Shown here: piece after piece, positions 42,150-55,752 of the stretch
Numbering within the stretch: position 1 is the first letter of the stretch
Layout: each line of letters starts with the position of its first letter
Source of the DNA: Octopus bimaculoides
Taxonomy: Eukaryota
Assembly (NCBI RefSeq): GCF_001194135.2
Contig: NC_068982.1
Coordinates: 130,328,321 to 130,392,320 of the forward strand
Direction: 5' to 3'
Length of the DNA stretch: 64,000 nt
Notes under the pieces: model-generated
Database searches by the model: none
What the model was told of the DNA's origin: nothing
The model's input: the letters and a program-made list of their open reading frames with translations, nothing else
Program-made: the position numbers and the translations under genes

Positions 42150-43664
42150 AGAGCTCGGATGACATAACTTTCAAGAGAATAAAATCCCAGTGAAACATTG
42201 AGTACATTTCATTGAAAACATGAGCTTTCGATTTGTATATATTTACTTAACATTTGCATTTTACAACTTTGAATGGAATGAGAGTGTCCTGTAATCTTTT
42301 CGAGTCAATGAACCACGACGAACGACTTCTTAAGTTTCTGTCTATGAAAACCAGCACGACAGCTTAGCACAATGCATTGACTACATTCGAAAATTGCACG
42401 TACAATATAGGGTTCATTGAAGTTGAATTATATAACAAGTTTCGAACCTGTTTTGTCACAAACTCCGTTCGCCGAGAGGTTACTACCAATTTATTGCAAT
42501 GGCATTTTACAAATTCAGTTACAGCAATAAAATAAATGCAATAAACTGAGTGAAAATAATTTTTCCCTTAGTTACGTGCCTACAAATATGTGATGTTCTG
42601 GTTTTTCTCACGGCTGTAAGCGAAATAACAAAAACAAACTGTGCTCATCCGGGAATTGAAATCGGGTCAATTATTGGATTCAGTTATGCGAATAATAGCG
42701 ATTTCTTTAGTCTAGGAATTGCGATGCACTTGCGCTGTTAAATCCACACTATTAATTCGAAGAAAGTAACAGTATAGGTAAAGTGAGATGACTGCAATGG
42801 GACATCGAAAGCGGGCTGCATATTCGCATTAATCTCATATATATATATATATATATATATATTTGTGTCAATGTGTATAGAATAATATATCAGTTGAATA
42901 AAGCGAAAACATGGTCTGGTTTTCACGTTTTTTATTATTTTATTTAAAAAAGAAATTATACAATGTCCACAGACAACAAATCCAGAACACTAATGTTTAC
43001 CAAATTCCATTGAGGGAACATATAAAAACATGTGGTCAGAAAATGTTTCTAATTTTTCCTTTCCAAAAACTACATGACACAAGTGAGGTTGGAAGAAAGA
43101 TAAAAGAGAAACGTTTTATTAAAATGTTCGAACCTGTTCTGAACGGAAATAACAACAATGATATAACAACCAGTTAATAATGTGGATTAAAAAATATCTT
43201 CAACATATGAATATAAACAAATTACAGAAGACTCCTACCAATCGAAATAAAGCTATCGAAACCAACTAAGTTTACACACTCATAAAACCATTATATGTAA
43301 ACTGCAAGCTAATTGGTTGAAATAAAGGCGGAATCTATGCCAGTAATATCGGTACGCCCGGCAAACCGTGACGTTTAAGCTGCATGTGGATTGGTCAAAA
43401 CCGTATTTCCAGAATTTAGCTTGTTAGAGACTCCTGAGAGGTATAAAAAGGAAGTACTCAGTCATTTTACTACAGTTTTCAAGAATTCAACTGTCAGTTA
43501 AATGCATTTTGAAATCCGATGATTACTACGAACGTATGAAAGCGCTAAATGAACTTTATGAATATTACAAAATATTTTTTTAATGTTCAACACACTTCAC
43601 CATTGTAAAAAATCTTTTTTAAATACAATGATAAAAACCACATTTTAACTTCATTCAACTGATA

Positions 43665-43719
<55 letters not shown>

Positions 43720-43856
43720 GTGTGTGTGTGTGTGTGTGTGTATTTTATAGTTTTATGTACACATATTCATGTATAGAAAAGTTATTAATTGAAAGTAAAA
43801 GCAGCATCCATAAAAAATTTAAATGATGGCTAGTATATTTTATATCTACACACACA

Positions 43857-43901
<45 letters not shown>

Positions 43902-44720
43902 ATATAGACACACAGACATATACTCATAATGGTATGTTTATGCAAATTCTAACAAACACTAATCGTGACTGGAAATAAACGCAAGACTAACTTTCAGAAA
44001 GGAAAGGCGCAGTCGAATGAATCAAATAAATATCTCAGTAGTAGTTCATTTTATCCTCAGTTTTAAGATATGTGTGCAATCGTGTAACTTAGTGATTTGA
44101 ATGTTGGGCTCACGATCGTAGGGTTGGGTTGATTCCCAAACTAACGATCTGGGAAGTGCGCTGTGTCGTTTGTAAGGCACTTCATTTTAAATTTGCTCCA
44201 GTTTACTCAGCTGCAATGCGTACCATCTGGGTGTTGGACCACCCTCTTCTTCCAGCTGTTACATCCTAGATATTCCGTTGGGTGAAAGGTGGAAAATTCT
44301 CATAGGGTATCTATATATCCTAGCGACTACATAGGCGCCTAAACAATTAGCAAAATCATGATACATCTTACCAAGTCAGTCGTGAGTGAGTGACGACTGG
44401 TGGTACATATTTAACAATAAAGTAGAACCTAGCTGGATTTGAACTCAAGTCTAGAAAAATGAGAAAATTACATTTTTGAATGTTTTTAGGGAGATATTTT
44501 ACAAACCAAGCTAAAAGATAAATATCTAGTATGAATTCGCATTAACTCTGTATGGATGTGTGCTGTTTATCACAGAACGAAAGTAAAATTTGAAAAAAAT
44601 GTAAGTGAAAACACTGAAGTCAATACTCATTCATGTACGAAGAAAAATTTGATATGCTTTTAAAAAGAAAAGGTATAGGTATATATAAAAATTATATAGA
44701 CACACGCATATTCACACGCT

Positions 44721-44763
<43 letters not shown>

Positions 44764-47700
44764 CATTGATATAATGATGAAAGAAGACGAAGAGATGCAG
44801 AAAAAATAGGTTGAGACAGACTGCGCATCATTCAACAAACATGAGCATGTAGTATAGAATACACACTGGTACGTACATGTTTGCGCGCGCATGCGTTTTA
44901 TTTGTTTCAAGAACACATATGCAACCAATTGATTGTACTCTGCCATTCCAAATATAATGGTGACAATTTCCGCTCACATTTCTCTGGTCTTATAACTCAC
45001 AGAAATCGAGCTTAAAAAGACGGGCGGCCAGCTAAGACACACTATGAATACTCCTCGCTTGGTCAGGTTTATCTACTGATGTCCAGAGTAGGAAATTTAG
45101 ATGGAATTAGCTTTATGGTAAAAACGAAAAATGAAAACTTACACAAATGTCGCATCATGGGCCTTTCACCTTATGCACGTTAAGTCATTTGAATAATCAA
45201 TTAATGTATGAAACAACATTTTCTGCTCACAAATAATTTTCCCATCCGTAGGACCGTTATTAGGTGACTGTATTTTAAAAGGCCTATTGGGGATAAAGCA
45301 GATCAACCGCGTCCGCCTAATTGAAATCAAAAATAAAACAATAACACGTCCTTCTACTTAAAACAGAAACTAAATATCGCACTTGAGAATTAAAAAAAAA
45401 TCTTAATTTCACGGTGTTACTATTCAGGATGTTTCGCTGCAATATCACCCAGTCAATCATTTCTACTGTCTACGTGTAGTCTTCATTCACCTATATATTG
45501 ACTTAGTAAGGGACAACGTAATATATTTGTGTGACTGAATTGTTGAAAAGTTGAAAATGTATTGATGCCATTTTTTACCTTTTTAAAAATTTCGTCATTC
45601 ATTTTTGTACGTAGATTGCTGTCATCACAATTAGTTCCTAGATAAATCTAGAATATGCTTTAGTCATTGCAAACTCTTGCTTTCTATTTAAAGGCTATAT
45701 GTTTTAGTCATTGCGAGTTTTTCCTTTTTGCTTAAAGTTCCTAAGTGATCAAGTGCTGTCATCTGTCAGCAGTGTCGAGAGCGTTTAATCAGCCACTTGG
45801 TTTCGCCATCGTCATCAAGTGGAAAAGATCACATGAATGTGCTCAAGAAACAAAAGCAGAAGACAACCGCATATGTCAATTCATGCCGGAAGCAGAACCT
45901 GTTTTGGTAAGGGATGTCAATGTGTTAAACTGAACCTATATTCGTCCGCTGACAAACGTTTCTCACACACTTTTGTAATAATGTTGACAGTGGATAGATA
46001 TCTCAAGTGGAAAATCTAATATTGGTGAGCGTTTAGAACATCCGATTTCAAATTTATTTCATGACGTGAACAAGTGGTTATTTCCAGTCTCCACAATTAG
46101 ATTTTTTAATGTATATGCAATTTAGGGATTCAATACCAATGTACTTCTTTCACGCCTTCGCAAATTCTATGCAAAAAAAACCCCCTTGAACTTCAGTTCA
46201 AGGAAAAGTGAGAGCATTAGCGATCGGAGAAAGTAAAGAATAAAAAAACAGAAGTGGACGCATTGAGCATCATACAAAAAAAAGAAGGAAAATAAACAAT
46301 TATTGATTAGGCTGTGAAATTGGTGAAGTGGGTAACTGGGTGACGTAGCGAGACTGATGTTCATATATGAGTTCATATCACACTCCATACAATTTGTATG
46401 ATTTTGAGCATTTAAAAAAAAAATGTCTTACATATTAAAAAATAATATAAATGGAGATAAGCCCATATAATCGAAATCTTAGCTTTTATGATACTTTTTC
46501 AAAATATATAATATTACTACATTAAATTCTTTTGTTTTACTAACGTTAAAGTAATTATTGTAGATATTGTTTCAATTTTAATAAAGCTTAATTAATATAG
46601 ATATTTTCTTAGAAGATAAATTTTGATTCGTTATTATTGATACTGGATTCATCGATTTTCAAAGTATGAAAGACAAAATCTTATCCATTTTTATTGTCAA
46701 ATCTTCCTTGTTGCTCTAGAGAACACATTGTTATTAAATTTATATTCTACATAAGAGTTGTCTTTTTTTCAAGTGAAGATTTCTGTCTGCTTTGATATTT
46801 AATCAGCAATATTTACTCTGCAGTATTCATTTATAGTAATTCTTCTTATTGTTTTTATAAGTTCCAGGACGGACACGAATTGAATGGTTTAGCATTAAAA
46901 ATATAAAACAGGCTGCATTGAAACCTTACGACTATTAAGAACTATTTAGTAGATGTTATGTGTTATAAGATCCGAGCAAGATGAATTTTGATAAATGCTA
47001 AAGCTAAATGAAGTCAAGTTATGCAACATACAGTCATTAGGGATCTGCAATGGGCGTGAACCAATTAAAGGCAATTTGAATTAGTTTCAATGGAAGAAAA
47101 CATCAGTCAGCATGAAAATTGATTGCTTATCGTATTCCTTTGGTTTGGGAAATATAATCTCGAGAAACAAGAAAGGATGTTGTTATCTTCTTTTCAAGAC
47201 AAGTGCAGTGATGTTTCAAGGAAATTTGAACAAGTTATTTTGTATAAAAGTACGAGCGTGCAAGTTTTCGTTAAAAAGTGCTAAATCAACACTAGAGTTT
47301 GTCAGATTTCAAAATGATTCAAAAGCTTTTCACAGATACTAAGCAGTTTCCCCATAAAAGTGAATTCAGCACAATGTAATATACACTTTCCCAAATACCG
47401 GAGGTTTCAAATTTACTGTGGCTANNNNNNNNNNNNNNNNNNNNNNNNNNNNNNNNNNNNNNNNNNNNNNNNNNNNNNNNNNNNNNNNNNNNNNNNNNNN
47501 NNNNNNNNNNNNNNNNNNNNNNNNNNNNNNNNNNNNNNNNNNNNNNNNNNNNNNNNNNNNNNNNNNNNNNNNNNNNNNNNNNNNNNNNNNNNNNNNNNNN
47601 NNNNNNNNNNNNNNNNNNNNNNNNNNNNNNNNNNNNNNNNNNNNNNNNGACTTCTTCAGACTAGTGAAGCAATCAAAAGGCTATTATTTATCATTATCAA

Positions 47701-47962
47701 GTTCATGAATACAGAATCCCGAGAGACGAATCGATCAAAAATGATAAAAGGTTTTAACACAATTAAATGCTTTCTAACTTGCAATGTAGTACAATAAGAT
47801 ATCGTGGGTATTTTTGACATTAACAAAAAGTATGCATATATATAAGCAATAAGGGTACTAGATATTCTGGCTTTACATCAGGATAGCTTCACTTTAGGGG
47901 ATCGAGAGATTGCATATTAAATCTATCTCTATGTACGAGTAGATTAACACTAAATATGCACA

Positions 47963-48021
47963 AGCATACACAAATACATACACAAATACATACACAAATA
48001 CATACACAAATACATACACAA
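47963..48021. repeat. 12-bp minisatellite (tacacaaataca)n
   Basis: About 4.5 perfect units. Confidence 0.9.
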
Positions 48022-49013
48022 ACAGAAAACTCTTGCATTTGGCATTTTTTTGTTGGGTGGGTTGAGTTAGGATTTGCACTCCGACCTCGTAATGCCCTCA
48101 CTAGCAATGAGTTGGAGGGTTGTCACCTGAATGGCGAAAAGTTGTCACTCGCCAGGTGTAGGGAATCGACGACAAATAGTGGATGCAGCGATTCGCTGTA
48201 ACAGTGCATGCCCCACTATCTGTAACTGTTATATACATTCGTAATCTTCAACGTATAAAACTTAGAACTCCACAAAAAATTTCTAAATAATACAAAATTA
48301 GAAAGGCATAGTGGGGATATGCTTATTGCACAATTCAGCCATATATATTATGGATATATTAGATACATAGACTGGATGTATATGGATATATTGATTGGAT
48401 ATATTATATAAATAAACTAGCTGAATTGATACTCCTTCAGTAGTTAGAATAAGAGTGGTGTTATTTCCCTATACAGTGGTGGTTTGAAAAGGAAATACAG
48501 TTTTAAGATGTAGAAAGAAATGAATATATCTGTTACAGTGTTCGAAGTAATAAAATTTTGCAGATTTACGATTATTTTCATTTAAAAAAATGTACTACCA
48601 ACCATAGGGTACCGTCAGGAGTTATTTATAAATCTATAACTGTGCATGCATATATCTGTGTGTGTGCGTGTGTGCGTGTGCGCGTATGCATATATAAAAA
48701 CAATGATTATAAATGCATACATGTGTATAAGTTTATGAGTACTATTACCTCTTTCGAATAGAAGGTATATGTTTCTTGTCTGCCATTGCATTCAGTCTCC
48801 AGTCACACAAAATACATACACAAAGATGATTTCCACACACAAATTCATTTGGACAAACATGCGTACACTCATACGCATACACACACGCGCACGCGCACGT
48901 ATACGAGCGCGTGAGTAAAATTCATAATTATAAAATATATTTTAATCATGACAATTACTTTGACTCATCGCCACTAGACATTTGCCTACACGTTTACGTA
49001 CACGCACACACGA

Positions 49014-49071
<58 letters not shown>

Positions 49072-50098
49072 TTATATGTATGTGTTTGTACTTATTTGTG
49101 TAACTATAAGCCCCTCCACACACATACACACTCATACTCCCACGATCACTCTTGAAATGAATCAAGACATTATTTCGCGGGTGGTGGTAAACGATGGAAA
49201 AAGTAGAGAAGGAAGTTTACCATTGATTTATAGCGTCAAATCTAATTTTCTCTGTGCCATTTTAAAAACAATTGCCGTCTAGTTTATGTGCGAAATTACT
49301 GAATCATTACTCGTTGCTCATTCTTAACTTCCCATGGAAACTATGGTTGCTTCTTAGATTTCACTTAAGTTTTCAGCCGGTTGTTTGAAAAGACTTCAAC
49401 AAAAGTGGTGGTGTCGAAAGGTGAGGTGAAGTATTGAACAAAACCAACGACTAGCTTGTATTCCCCAGCGATCGAGATTAAACTTTCGAATGTATACGTC
49501 AACAGGCTATAACAATTCATCATCTGGTTTTAACATTCGGTATATTATTTATTCTATCGAGAATCTGTTGTGGAATACTGAAACAGTCAACTAGTTTCTC
49601 ATCTCTAAGTGTGTACGTTGGACATGTCTTCTATCATAGCCTTGAGCAGAGCAATGCCTTGCGAGTGGACATTGGTGGTAGCCCAGTGCATGTGTATGTA
49701 CGTATGCATACATAGATGCACGCGCGCGCACACGCATACACACAAACACACACCAAATAAGAAATAGCTCCTGTAATAGTTCTATCTGAATATCACATCT
49801 ACCCTTTCATTCATGCTCCTCTCACAATACCTTTATGTAAGCACGACTTTTAATTCTCCATTACTGTCATGATGGTTTGTCTCTGGTTAAAATCGCTACA
49901 AGCTGCCCGTTTATAGCATTCGACTTTAAAAATGTTACTCCGTTATTATAGCGTTATTTATTTTATTTGTCTTGAGATTATACTTGTCGTTCTGAATAAA
50001 CTAATTATCATATAGATACACATACACATAAACACGCAAGTACATACACACATACGCATTCACACACGTATAATAAATAAGAATGAATTTCTATATTA

Positions 50099-50140
<42 letters not shown>

Positions 50141-51087
50141 CCTCTCTCTCTTACTCTTTCTCATTGCACTACGATTATTTCGTGAAACTATCTCTATGGA
50201 TTGTAATGACACTTTCTTTCAGATCTCCATAAATTTCTTTTACCTGCATGCATAAAGACTATCAAGCAACTGAAGATTGCTCTATTTTCTATTTCCCTTT
50301 AATATTGCACTCATTTTTAGAGATAACAAAGAAGACGAAATAATGTTTAAAATTGTTCAAATTCAGTTTTCGTATAAATTTCGATACCGATGACTAACTC
50401 ATGTTTTCAACATGATATTTAAAGTTTTGGTAGATATAAAATATACAACGGATACGTCTGACATAAAGCTTCAAAACAATTCAATAAATATCAACTTGAC
50501 AAAATCAATGCTGACGTCGTGCTTCGATGATATGTCTAACTTCTAAAACGTGTTATCTTCATTCAGCGTTTTATTGTCAGAATATGAAATGATTTTTCAT
50601 CAACCTTGCAAGTTAACTGCTCTTTCATTAAATTTGCAGTCACAAACATCCAACTTTGATCTATTTAAAAGCTTAGTTTACATTCTAATAAAGCTAAGTA
50701 ACTAATTAAAGCTTCTGCCATTTCAGATGATATATTTATCCCTAGTTTTGTTTTTATCCTGACAGAATAAGTTGTTCTTGCAAACATAGCTATATCTGTG
50801 ATTTATTTCTCAATAGCGTAAGCTTTTTAATATTTTACATCTAAGTATTTATCAGTCTTTTCCAAGCATAATATAGCAGTAGAAAGTTTTAACAAAAGAA
50901 ACGAAATGTAAAGTTGTGGTGGAATTTGTGCATGTCACACGTACTCCACGCGTTTATCTCAGGTTACACATAATTAAAGGGAATGCTCCCGTCAAATGCG
51001 GGCAATCATTTTGCTGTTTGGAGTTTAAAGCTTCGAAGTTTGACGGATTGACTGTCCCCCACTACCACTTGACAGCTGGTGTTGGTG

Positions 51088-51286
51088 TTCTTTTATTCTT
51101 TTATTTATTGCAGTCATTTGACTGCGGCCATGCTGGAGCACCGCCTTTGGTCGAGCAAATCGACCCCAAGGACTTATTCTTTGTAAGCCTAGTACTTATT
51201 CTATTGTTTCTCTCTGGCCGAACCGCTAAGTGACGGGGACGTAAACAAACCAGCATCGGTTGTCAAGCGATGTTGGGGGGACAAAT

Positions 51287-51364
<78 letters not shown>

Positions 51365-51684
51365 CTATATATACGACGGGCTTCTTTCAATTTTCGTCTA
51401 CCAAATCCACTCATAAGGCTTTGGTCGGCCCGAGGCTATAGTTAAAAACATTTGCCCAAGGTGCCACGCAGTGGGACTGAACCCAGAACCATGTGGTTAG
51501 TAAGCAAGCTACTTACCACACAACCACTCCTGTGCCTGTGTGTTTATTTCTCCACAACATAGCGGTTCGGAGAGATCGACAGAATGAGCACCAGGCTTTA
51601 AAAAAGTACTAGGGTCGATACCAGTACAAGGCGGTGCCCCAGCATGGCTGCAGTCTAATGAATAAAACAAGTAAAAGATAAAAG
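51088..51684. mobile_element. Family D SINE on the minus strand (51088-51537) abutting a partial plus-strand copy (51539-51684)
   Basis: The 3' halves (tagcggttcgg...aagtact.ggggtcgat...aggcggtgc.ccagcatggc.gcagtc) occur in both orientations. Confidence 0.85.
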
Positions 51685-52371
51685 AGGTACACCCCCACAC
51701 CCCATCACACCCCCACACACCAACACCCACCCACCCACACACACACACACACACAAACACACACACTCACGCATACTTTGAGAGATGAAAATGAAGCATG
51801 AATTTGGTATTTCCTTATTTCATTTGTTACACGCTTCTAAAACGATTTATAAAGAGCGTTTGATCACGCAGAACGCTTCATTGAACTGAGTCGAAATACG
51901 AATTGCAAACATGCAAGCATCTTACATAAGTACCTATTAGATACAGACCATATACTGGCCGCATAGAAGGCTGTTGGATCAAGAGGAAACTTAACCTGAA
52001 TACTTTTTCATCGCGCGAATAGCGCACTAATTTCCACTTTACATATATACATACATACGTACCTATATACTTAGATATATATATATATATATATATACAC
52101 GCATACTTATCCATATTCATCCATATTTATCCATACATACATACACACATACATACATANNNNNNNNNNNNNNNNNNNNNNNNNNNNNNNNNNNNNNNNN
52201 NNNNNNNNNNNNNNNNNNNNNNNNNNNNNNNNNNNNNNNNNNNNNNNNNNNNNNNNNNNNNNNNNNNNNNNNNNNNNNNNNNNNNNNNNNNNNNNNNNNN
52301 NNNNNNNNNNNNNNNNNNNNNNNNNNNNNNNNNNNNNNNNNNNNNNNNNNNNNNNNNNNNNNNNNNNNNNN

Positions 52372-52590
52372 AGAAAGAACTTTTTTCCCACCACCTCCTC
52401 TTCCGGTCTTTTCATAATGTAACCTCGTGGGCATCGGTACCATTTTCCTCTTTCTCCGTTCTTCCATTCTCCGAACTTTCCATCTTTCCGACGAAGGGCT
52501 ACGCCCGAAACGTCATACACTCTCTCTTTCCTTTCCTGAGCGTCCAATAACACTATCCATATCACGTCCTCACTTTGTTTTTTTGTTTTT
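52372..52590 (+). mobile_element. Penelope-like element terminal repeat with a degenerate minimal hammerhead motif
   Basis: ccgacgaagggctacgcccgaaacgtca matches the PLE hallmark CTGANGA(A)-stem-CGAAACGTC, set in a pyrimidine-rich PLE-like 3' region. Confidence 0.65.
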
Positions 52591-53031
52591 TTGTTATTGT
52601 TTTTTTGAACTATATATATATACATATACATAGACACACACGCACACACACATATATACGTTTATTAATTCGTTTTGCAAGATTCCTGGTGTCAAATCGT
52701 GTGTTGAAACAGATATTGTAAGTCAGGATGGTCATTTTTTTTTTGCTAAATAAACACACGCACTGTATATTTTTTCTTCTCTCGTTTATTACTGTTCTTA
52801 TCTTATTATTTTAACTCATGTCCATTGTCCGGAAAACACATTTGTGACTTCTTCAACGACACTTTTCGTTTTCATGTGTGTTCTTGCTCCACTTACTACT
52901 CCATTCTGTTCTATTATGTGCGCATGCGTTTGTGTGTGTGCGTGTATGTGTGCGCACGGATGTGTGTATATGCGTGTGCTTGTGTGTCATAGATTTTAGC
53001 AGCAGTGTGGCCTTCCTCTCAGACCCATCTT

Positions 53032-53063
53032 CTAACCCTAACCCTAACCCTAACCCTAACCCT
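53032..53063 (-). repeat. Short interstitial telomere-like repeat (TTAGGG)5
   Basis: The plus strand reads ctaaccctaaccctaaccctaaccctaaccct, with five CCC tracts. Confidence 0.9.
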
Positions 53064-54226
53064 CTCACCCCATTGTGCCGCTGCTGCCCTAAGACGCTAC
53101 CCCAAAATATATTACAGTTCCTGTATTCCTCTGTGTACGTGTGTTCGCTCACCGGTGTTACCATCGTGATGGTTGTTGTTGTTGTTATTGCCATCGTCGT
53201 CACGGCCGCTGCTGCTGTCGCTGTTAATTGTGTTGATGACATTGTTATGGCCGTCCATGACATTTCTTGTGTGTGTTTGTGTGTATGGGTTCGCACTTTA
53301 TATAGTTACATTTATTCATTTTATCTATTTCTATGTCTTATATTTATCACAGGTATGTGACAAATATATTTATATATCAATTTATTTATCAATATATTTA
53401 TTCATTTATTATATATATATAATATATACATATATACAGGTGTATATACATATATATATATACACACACAAAGACGCACATATATAAATGTGCATATATA
53501 CATACATGTACATACGTGTTTGCATATATGCTCACACAATACACACACAAACGCATGCACACAAATACATACATACATACATACATACACAAACACATAC
53601 TTATATGAGGCGAATTGGCACAGTCATTAACAAGTCGGATAGAACTGCCTCGTTATGCTCGTTCTGACTTTTAGCTATCCTCAAATTCAAATTTTTGTCC
53701 TTTTGGAGTCGATAGATAAGTACCAGACCAGCACTTAGATACATTCTTCTCTCTGCTTATTTTCTCTCATTTTTTTTTGTTCTGGAGGAAACCGGCTCTG
53801 GATAGACCTGGAGAGAGATGAGTCCCACTAAATTCGGATGTCAAATACTGGCCATATTTAGCGAATGCTCCTCAGTGATACATCGTAATCCATGCACACA
53901 TACATACATACATACGTACATACATACATACATACATACATACATACATACATACATACATACACGCACATACACACACTTGTCATAATAAAGTCATTAT
54001 TTTAAAGCAAGTTTAAGAATAAGAACGGAACATTTACTGAGATGCCTCTCTGCTGAAGGTAGAGGGAAATTTATTGTGAAGGTCAACTGGGATTTGTTGA
54101 TTCTGTCTGTGTGTGGTGTGTGTGTGTGTGTGCGTGCGTGTGTATGAGGGAGAGAGGGTGAAGAGAGAAACTTTTCTGTTAAATATATATCCTCGTTATC
54201 TGACCATAATGTAAATATATACTTAC

Positions 54227-54792
54227 AACGAACATCTTCCTTTGGGCTGGACCACCTCCTCCGATGTAGATAGAAGAGGCATCTTCAAGAACTAACGGTT
54301 CCCTGATCACTTGATGTCTTCCTTTCTTCGTTCCATTTAAATATATTTCCACAATATCGTCTTTAACCATGAAGCTAATCCGCGCCCAGTTGTTGAGCAG
54401 GTTTTCGAGTTTGAAACTAGCTAATATTTTGGAAGAAACGGATGTATTTACATCAGCAGTTGTTGGTGAGTAATATAACGATATGTTTTGTTCGTTGCCT
54501 TGACTATTTGATGAAACACTCACACCAAGTTGTATAATCGAAGCAGTAGGGTCTAGAACTGCGAAGATAAAGCTAGTATCTGGTTTTTCAATATGAACGA
54601 CCATCGTTAAAGCAAAGTCGTTTATAGCTTTGTTACCAAACAGTTGATTTGCATTGTCTTTAAACTCCTTTTTGCCGAGCAGTCTGAAGGCTGGAAAATA
54701 GTCCATCCCCGTTGAGAATCTCACGGGATCTGAAGGGATTCCAATCACTCCTAACATGTCGACATGTTCTGAATTCAACGGCAACAAGCCTT
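54227..54792 (-). CDS. COL18A1: Multiplexin (collagen XV/XVIII-like) exon encoding most of the N-terminal TSPN/LamG domain
   Basis: Acceptor tttttgttttacag|AA (phase 1) and donor GTT|gtaagt (phase 0), 566 nt open. The translation GLLPLNSEHVDMLGVIG...DFALTMVVHIEKPDTSFIFAVLDPTASIIQLGVSV...QNISLYYS...LASFKLENLLNNWARISFMVKDDIVEIYLN...EDASSIYIGGGG...FV follows the collagen XV/XVIII TSPN pattern (FAITD..LGV, DISLLY, ASFRL, WTHLAL) as recalled. The gene symbol is the nearest vertebrate name; invertebrates typically have one multiplexin. Confidence 0.93.
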
Positions 54793-55559
54793 CTGTAAAA
54801 CAAAAATAAATAAAATAAATAAAAATAAGGTATTCAGAAATATAATGCAGGAAAAAGAATTAGTGTTTTGCATATTAGAAAAATAATGAAAATAAAAAAT
54901 GCAAATTATTAATGATTCAGTGAACTGTTAAATTTTTAAAAGATATAAAGCAAGTTGTTATAAGCTTTATTATTTCGTATTATCAACATATCAGAGCTGT
55001 TTCCTTGACACTTCTAGAAGTAAATCTGTCACTCCACAGTCGTCGAAAATAACCTACGAAACTAAGTGAACTCATCTTTCTTATTTAGCACATATGTATT
55101 TAGTGTCCGACAGTTTCTATTTTTAAAGCAGTTAATTTCAAATAATTAATTGTGAAATGTTCAAGTTTTTTTAAAATCCAAATAATTGCAATTGTTTCGC
55201 CTTTAGTATCCACCGTTACTTCATCGTTAATCTTCTTGACCAAAACTTAGCATATTATTCATCTAATGTCAAACCTATCAAATAAAATTGTGAAACTATA
55301 TCGCAGGAATCAATGTCAACGTAAGTAGGTATTGCAGAGCCCACTTCCCTTTATAAACATTTTATGCTAGTCTTGACTCAATGTTCACTTTCCCAGCGAT
55401 CGACGTTACCTGTTCTGGTGTACATAAAATAAATTATAATCAATTATTGAGGCCAATATTATCGACTAGATTTCTCTCCTAAAATGTGTGAGCTTGTTCC
55501 TATATTAGAAATGATTATTATTACGACAGAAGGGGGATTTCAGATTCTGTAGAGGAGGA

Positions 55560-55752
55560 TTGAATGAAATACTTTAGAATATTCAATTACGTTCGTCTGC
55601 CTTTACGTTTTGAGTTCAAATTCCACCGAGGTTGACTTTGCCTTTCATTCTTTCGGGGTCGGTAAATTAAGTACCAGTTGCATACTGGGGTCGATCTAAT
55701 CGATTGGCTCCCTCCCACAAAATTTCGGGCCGCGTGCCTAGAGTAGAAAAAA
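55560..55752 (+). mobile_element. tRNA-derived SINE, family A
   Basis: gagttcaaattccaccgaggttgactttgcctttcattctttcggggtcggtaaattaagtaccag ... gtgcctagagtagaaa. Confidence 0.8.

Noticed and set aside
53153-53266. Ser/Thr-rich mucin-like minus-strand ORF with a phase-0 donor
   Set aside because: It is an eroded (AAC/AGC)n trinucleotide repeat with no phase-0 acceptor or polypyrimidine tract and no signal peptide.
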